A DNA stretch of 64,000 bases from the NCBI GenBank assembly GCA_022767745.1, contig JALENN010000008.1, positions 33,538 through 97,537 on the forward strand. The letters are read 5' to 3'. Positions within the stretch are counted from its first letter, which is position 1; each line of letters begins with the position of its first letter. The stretch comes from Alistipes sp. Its GTDB lineage: Bacteria; Bacteroidota; Bacteroidia; Bacteroidales; Rikenellaceae. Shown here in pieces: positions 18,946-27,011 of this stretch. A model generated the notes under the pieces. That model ran no database searches. It was not told where the DNA came from and saw nothing but the letters and a program-made list of their open reading frames with translations. The translations under genes were made by a program, and so were the position numbers.

Positions 18946-19001
18946 CGCACCCGTAAAGTGCGGGATGGATTACATAACAAGTATTAACTAAACGTAACAA
19001 G

Positions 19002-19457
19002 ATGGATTCAAGAAGTTACAAGACTATCTCGTTGAACGCAGGTACCGTTCAGAAGGAGTGGTACGTGATCGACGCGACCAACGAGGTACTGGGACGTCTT
19101 GCATCGCAGGTGGCTAAGATCCTCCGAGGCAAGAACAAGCCCGGCTACACCCCTCACGTCGATTGCGGTGACAACGTCATCGTTATCAACGCCGAGAAGG
19201 TGAAGCTCACGGGCAACAAGATGACCGACAAGGTCTACACGCGTCACACCGGATATCCGGGCGGACAGCGTTTCGCAACTCCGGCCGACTATCTGGCAAA
19301 GCGCCCCGAGTTCGTAATCGAGCACGCGGTGAAGGGTATGCTCCCCAAGACTCGTCTTGGCGAGGCCATACTCAAGAATTTGAAGGTTTATGCCGGCGCC
19401 GAGCATCCTCACGCCGCACAGAACCCCAAGGAAATTAAGTTAAACGAGATTAAGTAG
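19002..19457 (+). CDS. rplM: 50S ribosomal protein L13
   Basis: WYVIDA, LGRLASQVA..LRGKNKP.YTPHVDCGD, HTGYPGG. Confidence 0.99.
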   Translation: MDSRSYKTISLNAGTVQKEWYVIDATNEVLGRLASQVAKILRGKNKPGYTPHVDCGDNVIVINAEKVKLTGNKMTDKVYTRHTGYPGGQRFATPADYLAKRPEFVIEHAVKGMLPKTRLGEAILKNLKVYAGAEHPHAAQNPKEIKLNEIK

Positions 19458-19463
19458 CAGAGT

Positions 19464-19850
19464 ATGGAAGTTGTAAACACCGTAGGTCGCCGTAAGGCCG
19501 CTGTCGCTCGCGTATACGTGAAGCCGGGTAATGGTAAGATTACAATCAACCACAAGGAGCTCGAGGTCTATTTCCCCCTGAACATTCTCCAGTATGAGGT
19601 TAAGCAGCCGCTTATGGTAACCGACACGCTGGGCAGCTACGACGTTGAGATCAACCTCGACGGCGGTGGCATCAAGGGCCAGGCCGAGGCCGCTCGCATG
19701 GGTATCGCTCGCGCACTGTGCGAGATCGATGCAGAGTTCCGTTCGGTACTGAAGAAGAACGGATTCCTTACCCGTGATTCGCGTGAGGTTGAGCGTAAGA
19801 AGCCGGGTCAGCCGGGCGCACGTCGCAAGTTCCAGTTCAGTAAGCGTTAA
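19464..19850 (+). CDS. rpsI: 30S ribosomal protein S9
   Basis: GRRKAAVARV, GGGIKGQA, VERKKPG, QFSKR. Confidence 0.99.
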   Translation: MEVVNTVGRRKAAVARVYVKPGNGKITINHKELEVYFPLNILQYEVKQPLMVTDTLGSYDVEINLDGGGIKGQAEAARMGIARALCEIDAEFRSVLKKNGFLTRDSREVERKKPGQPGARRKFQFSKR

Positions 19851-20037
19851 ACCTTACCCGACCAGAACATTCGGCTAAGCACGATGCGGGTTTCAAATCT
19901 GTGGGACTGCCTGCAATATATAATAATAAGGTATTACCGACAGATTGCCCCTTCGCGGAAAACTTCCGGGATTGGCCTCGGGGTCTCTACCGCGGAAGTT
20001 GAAGTAAAGAGAATTCAAAATTAAAAACAGAACAAAA

Positions 20038-20901
20038 ATGTCACGTACAGATTTCAATACATTATTGGATGCAGGCGTTCACTTCGGTCACCTGAAGCGC
20101 AAGTGGAATCCTAAAATGGCTCCCTACATCTTCATGGAGAAGAACGGCATCCATATCATAGATCTCCACAAGACCGTGGTGAAGCTCGATGAGGCTGCTG
20201 CCGCATTGAAGCAGATCGCAAAGAGCGGTCGCCGTGTGCTCTTCGTTGCCACGAAGAAGCAGGCCAAAGAGATCGTAGCCGAAAAGGTGGCAACCGTCGG
20301 CATGCCCTACGTAACGGAGCGTTGGGCCGGCGGTATGCTTACAAACTTCCCCACGATACGTAAAGCCGTCAAGAAAATGGCCACCATCGACAAGATGCTG
20401 GGCGACGGCACTTTCGATAACTTCTCGAAGCGCGAGAAGCTCCAGATCGCACGTCAGCGTGCCAAGCTGGAGAAGAACCTCGGCTCTATTGCCGACCTGA
20501 CGCGTCTTCCGGCTGCCCTGTTCGTCATCGACGTGCAGAAGGAGGCCAACGCCGTAAAGGAGGCCAAGCGATTGAGCATCCCCGTATTTGCCATGGTTGA
20601 TACTTGTTGTGATCCGACAGACATTGATTACGTTATTCCGGCAAATGACGACGCTGCAAAATCTATCGCTACCATCCTCGACGTTGTGTGCGCAGCCATA
20701 GCTGAGGGCACCGAGGAGCGCAAGCTCGAGAAGGAGAAGGAGGCACAGGAGGCCGAGGCTGCAGCTCCCGCCAAGAAGGAGGGTAAGCCCCGTATCAAGA
20801 AGGCCGTGCGTGCCGCAGTTGATGCCGAGGAGGAGGTCGTAGCCGACGTAGTGGCTGCAACCGAGGCCGCTGCAGAGAAGAACGAGGCTTCGGCCGAGTA
20901 A
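20038..20901 (+). CDS. rpsB: 30S ribosomal protein S2
   Basis: AGVHFGH, WNPKMAPYI, RWAGGMLTN, IPANDDA. Confidence 0.99.
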   Translation: MSRTDFNTLLDAGVHFGHLKRKWNPKMAPYIFMEKNGIHIIDLHKTVVKLDEAAAALKQIAKSGRRVLFVATKKQAKEIVAEKVATVGMPYVTERWAGGMLTNFPTIRKAVKKMATIDKMLGDGTFDNFSKREKLQIARQRAKLEKNLGSIADLTRLPAALFVIDVQKEANAVKEAKRLSIPVFAMVDTCCDPTDIDYVIPANDDAAKSIATILDVVCAAIAEGTEERKLEKEKEAQEAEAAAPAKKEGKPRIKKAVRAAVDAEEEVVADVVAATEAAAEKNEASAE

Positions 20902-20953
20902 CGACTGGCATCGCCGAAGTTAGTTTTTAACCTTTTAACGAATCGAAAAGACT

Positions 20954-21784
20954 ATGGAAATAAAAGCAGCAGATGTAATGAAGCTCCGCAAGATGACGGG
21001 CGCAGGCATGATGGACTGCAAGAAGGCTCTCATCGAGGCCGAGGGCGATTACGAGCGCGCCAAGGATATCATCCGTGAGAAGGGTAAGCTTGTTGTCAGC
21101 AAGCGTGCTGACCGCAGCGCTACCGAGGGCGTTGTCGTAACGAAGATCGAGGGCGGTAAGGCATATCTTCTGTGCCTTGCATGCGAGACCGACTTCGTGG
21201 CTCAGAACAGCGAGTTCACGGCTTCGGCCAACGCCATCCTCGACATCGCCGTCAAGAACGACGCTGCCGATACGGCTGCTCTGCTCGCCATCAAGAACGA
21301 CGAGGGTCACACCGTTGAGGAGATGGTGACCGAGAAGTCGGGTCAGACGGGCGAGAAGGTCGAGCTGGCTTACTATGGCCGCATCGAGGCTCCCTACTGC
21401 CACGCATACGTTCACTTCAACAAGAAGCTCGGTACCATCCTCGGCTTCAACAAGGAGGTGTCGGACGAGGTTGCCCACACCGTTGCCATGCAGGCTACGG
21501 CCATGGCTCCCATCTCGATCGACGAGAACGACTGCCCCGCCGAGACGGTAGCTCACGAGAAGGCTATCGCTCTGGAGCAGATGAAGCAGGATCCCAAGAA
21601 CGCCAACAAGCCTGAGGCTATCCTTGAGAAGATCGCCGAGGGTAAGATGCGTAAGTTCTTCGAGGAGAACACGCTTCTGAACCAGACGCTGGTGGGCGAG
21701 AAGATCTCGATCCGCGAGTACATCAAGAACGCTGACAAGGAGGCTACTGTTGTTGCTTACAAGCGTTTCGCTCTGGAGGCATAA
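20954..21784 (+). CDS. tsf: elongation factor Ts
   Basis: LRKMTGAGMMDCKKAL, CETDFVA, KIAEGK. Confidence 0.99.
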   Translation: MEIKAADVMKLRKMTGAGMMDCKKALIEAEGDYERAKDIIREKGKLVVSKRADRSATEGVVVTKIEGGKAYLLCLACETDFVAQNSEFTASANAILDIAVKNDAADTAALLAIKNDEGHTVEEMVTEKSGQTGEKVELAYYGRIEAPYCHAYVHFNKKLGTILGFNKEVSDEVAHTVAMQATAMAPISIDENDCPAETVAHEKAIALEQMKQDPKNANKPEAILEKIAEGKMRKFFEENTLLNQTLVGEKISIREYIKNADKEATVVAYKRFALEA

Positions 21785-21807
21785 TCAGTTCCGAAAGTTA
21801 TACAGGG

Positions 21808-21845
21808 AAAAACCCTTGCGGCACGTTCGCAAGGGTTTTTTGTTT
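21808..21845 (+). terminator. intrinsic terminator after tsf
   Basis: AAAACCCTTGCG-gcacgtt-CGCAAGGGTTTT plus T-run. Confidence 0.9.
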
Positions 21846-22123
21846 GATCGGGCGGAGCGGCGCGTGGCGGAAAAGCATGATTACGGCATATTATGCCGTT
21901 TTTTTACGCATGTGCCGATTAAAATCGGCGCTGTCGGGTACAACCATGCGATGTTTTTGCTATCTTTATATTGGTTGTAGTGCTGCATTTTCTTGAAACG
22001 ACGCCTGCCGCAGCTGACTGTGGCTTCGGTAGAGACCGAGGCTTGGGACCGGGGGGCGGCGGTAAGCAGGGTAGCAGCCACTATTTGGGAATTAACCTTT
22101 GACACAATAAAACCGACCTGACC

Positions 22124-22264
22124 ATGAAAAAAATGAATGAAAACGGAGCATACGTTGCTCCCAGCTGCGAGATAGTCGCAATCAATGCCGAACGCGGACT
22201 CTGTCTTTCGGGTGGAGGAACTGCTACACATGAGGGCATGGAAGAAGAGGATTACGTATGGTAG
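22124..22264 (+). CDS. small 46-aa peptide (YxxP...C.S...acidic tail-W), below ORF-track cutoff
   Basis: MKKMNENGAYVAPSCEIVAINAERGLCLSGGGTATHEGMEEEDYVW*; A-rich initiation context. Confidence 0.65.
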   Translation: MKKMNENGAYVAPSCEIVAINAERGLCLSGGGTATHEGMEEEDYVW

Positions 22265-22683
22265 AGCATTCGTAGTTTATTCTTTTTAGGCTTCCGTATG
22301 TCGGGTGTGTGGGCAGCCTGTCGTTAAGATAGGCGTCGCCTGCCCGTGGAGGAGGCCGATTGCTGAAATGATCTTTTTCATGCGGCTTTTGCCGTATGCG
22401 GTGCCGTATCGTACCATTGCATGTATAGGACGCTTAGGATGGCGTCGGGCATGCAGGGGTGCGATACGGTTCTGTTTTCCCCGTGCAGCGGTGCTGTACG
22501 GGGTGTGATAGAGGCCGCGGCGGGCTGATAAGGCAGTGGCGTCGGCAGAAGTTGCCCGCTCGGATGGCGGTTCGGGCGTTTTGCGCGGCCAATTATACGC
22601 TACCGGGGGTTGGTTATCCGGGGGAGATTTTGTAACTTTGTTTTTGACATGTAATAATTCTTTAGCCTAAAATAAATATCGAT

Positions 22684-24141
22684 ATGACCCTGAAAGATCT
22701 GGAACCCCGTCGGGTGTGGATGGAGTTTGATGCCATCACCCGTGTGCCGCGCCCCTCGAAGCGCGAAGGCTTGATCATAGAGTATCTGATTGACTTTGCC
22801 CGCCGCCATGCCCTCGAATGGGAGCGCGACGATGCGGGCAATGTGGTGATGCGCATACCCGCCACGGCGGGATACGAGGCGGTGCCTACGGTGACGCTGC
22901 AGTCGCACATGGACATGGTGTGCGAGAAGCGTGGCGACGTGGAGTTCGACTTCGACCGTGACCCTATATGCACGCGTGTCGAGGATGGCTGGGTACGTGC
23001 CGAGGGTACGACGCTGGGCGCCGACTGCGGCATAGGCATGGCCGCGGCGCTGGCGTTGCTGCTCGACCCGCCGACGGAGCACGGGCCTCTCGAGGCGTTG
23101 TTCACCGTCGACGAGGAGACGGGCCTCACGGGCGCCTTCAACCTCGGCGAGGGTATGATCGGCGGCAAGTACCTGATAAACCTCGACTCGGAGGACGAGG
23201 GCGAGATCTTCATCGGTTGCGCAGGCGGTGTCGACACCGTTGCTACGCTGCAGTGCGCGCGCGAGGCTGCGCCTGCAGGATATGTATTCTATCGTTTCGA
23301 GGCCGCCGACATGCTTGGCGGACACTCGGGCGACGATATTGACAAGGGACGTGCCAACTCGGTGAAGGTGGCGGCGCGTTTCATTGCGGCGGCAGCGGCA
23401 CGTTGCGGTGCCCGTCTGGCTGCTGTCGAGGGCGGCAACCTGCGTAATGCCATCCCGCGCGAGTCGTACGCCGTTGTGGGCGTTGCGGCCGATCGTAAGG
23501 AGGCCCTGAAGGAGTTGTTCGATAGTTTTTCGGCCGAGGTAAAGGCCGAATACCACGCTACGGAGCCGCGCATGCGCCTGGAGCTTAAATCGGAGGCAGT
23601 TCCCGCTACGGTGTTCGGCACGGCGTCGCAGCAGGCGTTGACCGACGCGCTGATGGGCGTCGCGTGCGGCGTTATAGCCATGTCGCAGACGGTGAAGGGA
23701 CTGGTCGAGACCTCGACCAACCTGGCTTCGGTGAAGGAGCCCGAGGCGGGGCGTGTGGTGATAACCACGTCGCAGCGTTCGTCGGTGGACAGCGCCAAGG
23801 TGTATGCCATGCAGATGGTGGAGTCGGTGTTCCGTCTCGCGGGGGCCGAGGTGGCGCATTCGGACGGATATCCCGGCTGGACGCCCAATCCCGATTCGGC
23901 GCTGTTGCGCCGTACGGTGGAGAGCTACCGCACGCTGTTCGGCAGCGAGCCGAAGGTTAAGGCCATACATGCGGGTCTGGAGTGCGGCCTCTTCCTCGAG
24001 AAATATCCCCATCTGGAGATGGTGTCGTTCGGCCCGACGATGCGCGGAGTGCACTCGCCCGACGAGAGGCTGGAGATAGCTTCGGTGGATAAGTTCTGGC
24101 GCCTGCTGCGCGAGGTCGTGGCAGCCGTGGCGCGGGAGTAG
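22684..24141 (+). CDS. pepD: aminoacyl-histidine dipeptidase (M20C)
   Basis: LQSHMDMVCEK, TTLGADCGIG, TVDEETGL, NLDSED, GGHSG, IHAGLECG, HSPDE; TAACTTTG at 22633-22640. Confidence 0.95.
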   Translation: MTLKDLEPRRVWMEFDAITRVPRPSKREGLIIEYLIDFARRHALEWERDDAGNVVMRIPATAGYEAVPTVTLQSHMDMVCEKRGDVEFDFDRDPICTRVEDGWVRAEGTTLGADCGIGMAAALALLLDPPTEHGPLEALFTVDEETGLTGAFNLGEGMIGGKYLINLDSEDEGEIFIGCAGGVDTVATLQCAREAAPAGYVFYRFEAADMLGGHSGDDIDKGRANSVKVAARFIAAAAARCGARLAAVEGGNLRNAIPRESYAVVGVAADRKEALKELFDSFSAEVKAEYHATEPRMRLELKSEAVPATVFGTASQQALTDALMGVACGVIAMSQTVKGLVETSTNLASVKEPEAGRVVITTSQRSSVDSAKVYAMQMVESVFRLAGAEVAHSDGYPGWTPNPDSALLRRTVESYRTLFGSEPKVKAIHAGLECGLFLEKYPHLEMVSFGPTMRGVHSPDERLEIASVDKFWRLLREVVAAVARE

Positions 24142-24172
24142 ATATTGTTAACGACTGAAAAACGATTACGGT

Positions 24173-26899
24173 ATGAATATTGAAGTTGCAGCTGCGGCCT
24201 CTGCCGTGGCGCGTCTGTGCCGCCGTGCGGCGCTTGCAGCCGTTGCGGTGTCGGCGCTGTCGCTGACGGCGTGCGGAGGCGATGACGAACGTGTGTCGAT
24301 TGTGGGGCTGCGGTGCGAGTATGCCGAGGAGCCGCTCGCGATCGACGGCGACAGCGTGCGTTTCACCTGGCGCTACGAGAGCGACGAGCCCGTGGCGTCG
24401 TTCCGCCAGCATAAGGTCGAGGTGCGTATCGCTGCCGACGAGGCCTCGCTGGCCGACGATGAGACGTGTGTGGTGACGAGCGGGCGTGTGCGCGGCGGCC
24501 AGATGGTGGTGCTGCCGACGGACAGCCTCAAGGCCGAGAGCCGCTACTGCTGGCAGGTGCGCGGTTACAATGCGCTGGGCGTGGAGACCATGGTCTCGCC
24601 CGTGGCATGGTTCTCGACGGCGAAACTGCACGGCGCGGAGTGGAGCGCAAAGTGGATAACCGACTCCTTCGACAAGGACTACGAGCCGGCGCCGATGTTC
24701 CGCAAGCGCTTCCGCCTGAGCGGCGATGTGGCGCGCGCGTCGCTCTATATCAGCGCGGCGGGTTACTACGATGCCGCGATAAACGGCAGCCGCGTATCGG
24801 ACGACTGGCTCTCGCCCGGATATACGCACTACGACAAGCGCAACCTCTACATGGTGTACGACGTGACCGAACTGCTGCGCAAGGGCGACAACGTGATTAC
24901 GGCGACGCTGGGCAACGGTTTCTACAACGAGTATTCGGGCATGGCCGTGTGGCAGTTCGAGTCGGCGCGCTGGCGCAACCGCCCGCGCATGATATGCGAG
25001 CTGCACATACTCTACAACGACGGCCGCACGCAGAAGGTGCTGTCGAACGGTACATGGCGTACGACGACGGGCGAGGTGCGCGGCAATGTGATCTACGCGG
25101 GCGATATAATAGATGCCCGCTGTGCGGTGGAGGGTTGGAACGACCCCGCGATGGACGACAGCGCCTATCCCTCGGCCGTGGTGTGCGAGGCTCCCTCGCC
25201 GCTGCTGGTGGCACAGCAGATGCCGCCCATACGCGAGAGCGAGACGTGCGAACCGGTGTCGGTGCGCCGTATCTCGGACAAGGAGTACGTCTTCAGCTTT
25301 GCGCGCAACATGACGGGCGTATGTACGCTGCGCGTGCGCGGCGAGAAGGGTACGCGCATTACGATGGAGCACGGCGAACTGCTGCGCGACGACGGTACGG
25401 TGGAGATGCACAACATCGACTTCCACTCTCACGCCGTGCGTGACTACTCGCTGCAGCGCGACATATTCTACCTCAGCGGCGACGGCACGATGGAGAGCTT
25501 CACGCCGCGGTTCCACTATAACGGATTCCAGTATGTGACGGTTACGGCCGACCGCCCCGTGGAGCTCGACCGCAGCAGCCTCACGGCGCATTTCCTGCAT
25601 ACGGACGTGCCGTCGGTGGGTGACTTCCGCTCGTCGAACGAGCTGCTCAACAGCCTGTGGCAGGCGGTTCGCCGTTCGTATCTGTGCAACCTGCAGGGCA
25701 TACCTACCGACTGCCCGCACCGCGAGAAGAACGGCTGGACGGCCGACGCCCACGTGAGCATCGACATCGGTCTTACCAACTACGATGCCATCACCGTATA
25801 CGAGAAGTGGATCGACGACATGGTGGACAACCAGCGCGACAACGGCTCGATATCGGGTATCATCCCGAGTGCGGGGTGGGGCTACGACGACTGGATCGGT
25901 CCCGTGTGGGATGCCGCCATGTTCATCATACCCGATGCACTGTACAACTATTATGGCGACGCGCGCGCCATCGAGAAGATATATCCCGTGGCGGAGCGCT
26001 ACCTCGAGTATCTTGCCGCGCGCGAGAACGAGGAGGGTACGGTGACCTACGGCCTGGGCGACTGGTGTTTCTACAAGACGCAGACGCCGTCGGATTTCAC
26101 CACCACATGCTTCTACTACTACGACCAGAAGCTCATGGCGCGCTTCGCGGCCCTGACGGGACGCGACGGCTCGAAGTACGAGGCCAAGGCGGCCGCCCTG
26201 CGCGAGCTGATCAATACGAAGTATCTCGATGCCGAGACCGGTGTCTACTCGATAGGCCGCGTTACGGCGCAGGCTGTGCCCCTGGCGTTGGGCATCGTGC
26301 CCGACGGCCTGGAGGCGAAGGTGGCGGCGCGGCTGAACGACGTCGTAGTGGAGGATGGATATACGTGCGACTTCGGACTCCTGGGCAGCCGCTATGCGCT
26401 GCGCATGCTGGTTAAATACGGCTATGTCGAGACGGCATACCGTCTGGCTACGCAGACGCGCCGCCCGTCGTGGGGCAACTGGATAGTCGAGGGCTTCACC
26501 ACGCCGCTCGAGACGTGGGCCCTGCGCGAGAACTTCGCCGACTCGTCGGCCAACCATGTCTTCTTCGGCGACATTGCGGCCTGGATGCAGAGCGACATTG
26601 CCGGCATAAACTACGACACGGAGAAACCCGGCTTTGAGAATATCATCATCCGTCCGCACTTCCCCGCCGAGATGGACTGGGCCGAGGCGTCGTACCACTC
26701 GGTGCGCGGCGTGGTGCGTTCGGCATGGCACCGCAGCCGTAACCATATAATTCTCGAGGTGACGATCCCCCTCAATACCACGGCCACGATCTACACCGAT
26801 GGTGTATACAAGATCAAGGGCAACGGCTCGACCTACCGCTTTGTGGTCAACGAGCGTGCGGCCGCAAAGTCGGCGCGCAGCGAGGGCGAGCGCCGGTAG
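24173..26899 (+). CDS. alpha-L-rhamnosidase (GH78) lipoprotein
   Basis: Lipobox LTA-C; PTDCPHREKNGWTAD, LGDW, TPLETW, SANH.FFG motifs. Confidence 0.88.
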   Translation: MNIEVAAAASAVARLCRRAALAAVAVSALSLTACGGDDERVSIVGLRCEYAEEPLAIDGDSVRFTWRYESDEPVASFRQHKVEVRIAADEASLADDETCVVTSGRVRGGQMVVLPTDSLKAESRYCWQVRGYNALGVETMVSPVAWFSTAKLHGAEWSAKWITDSFDKDYEPAPMFRKRFRLSGDVARASLYISAAGYYDAAINGSRVSDDWLSPGYTHYDKRNLYMVYDVTELLRKGDNVITATLGNGFYNEYSGMAVWQFESARWRNRPRMICELHILYNDGRTQKVLSNGTWRTTTGEVRGNVIYAGDIIDARCAVEGWNDPAMDDSAYPSAVVCEAPSPLLVAQQMPPIRESETCEPVSVRRISDKEYVFSFARNMTGVCTLRVRGEKGTRITMEHGELLRDDGTVEMHNIDFHSHAVRDYSLQRDIFYLSGDGTMESFTPRFHYNGFQYVTVTADRPVELDRSSLTAHFLHTDVPSVGDFRSSNELLNSLWQAVRRSYLCNLQGIPTDCPHREKNGWTADAHVSIDIGLTNYDAITVYEKWIDDMVDNQRDNGSISGIIPSAGWGYDDWIGPVWDAAMFIIPDALYNYYGDARAIEKIYPVAERYLEYLAARENEEGTVTYGLGDWCFYKTQTPSDFTTTCFYYYDQKLMARFAALTGRDGSKYEAKAAALRELINTKYLDAETGVYSIGRVTAQAVPLALGIVPDGLEAKVAARLNDVVVEDGYTCDFGLLGSRYALRMLVKYGYVETAYRLATQTRRPSWGNWIVEGFTTPLETWALRENFADSSANHVFFGDIAAWMQSDIAGINYDTEKPGFENIIIRPHFPAEMDWAEASYHSVRGVVRSAWHRSRNHIILEVTIPLNTTATIYTDGVYKIKGNGSTYRFVVNERAAAKSARSEGERR

Positions 26900-26952
26900 G
26901 GTGGCAGTCGCCAAAAGAGACATCTGAGCGCCGCGGTATGTGCGGCAGAAAT

Positions 26953-26997
26953 GAAAACATCCGGCCTTCCCGCGACGGGAAGGCCGGATGCCGTTTT
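26953..26997. terminator. bidirectional terminator
   Basis: CATCCGGCCTTCCCG-cga-CGGGAAGGCCGGATG between convergent genes. Confidence 0.8.
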
Positions 26998-27011
26998 GTG
27001 CGTCGGGAGTG

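Noticed and set aside
22056-22070. ops-like GGCGGTAAG upstream of the small peptide
   Set aside because: Imperfect match, GC-rich context, no NusG paralog or long operon nearby
23957-26923. 988-aa antisense ORF over the rhamnosidase, and similar long antisense ORFs (9253-11091, 11901-13235, 33895-35748, 52701-55790)
   Set aside because: Shadow ORFs expected from high GC3 codon bias; no motifs, and the opposite strand carries recognisable genes
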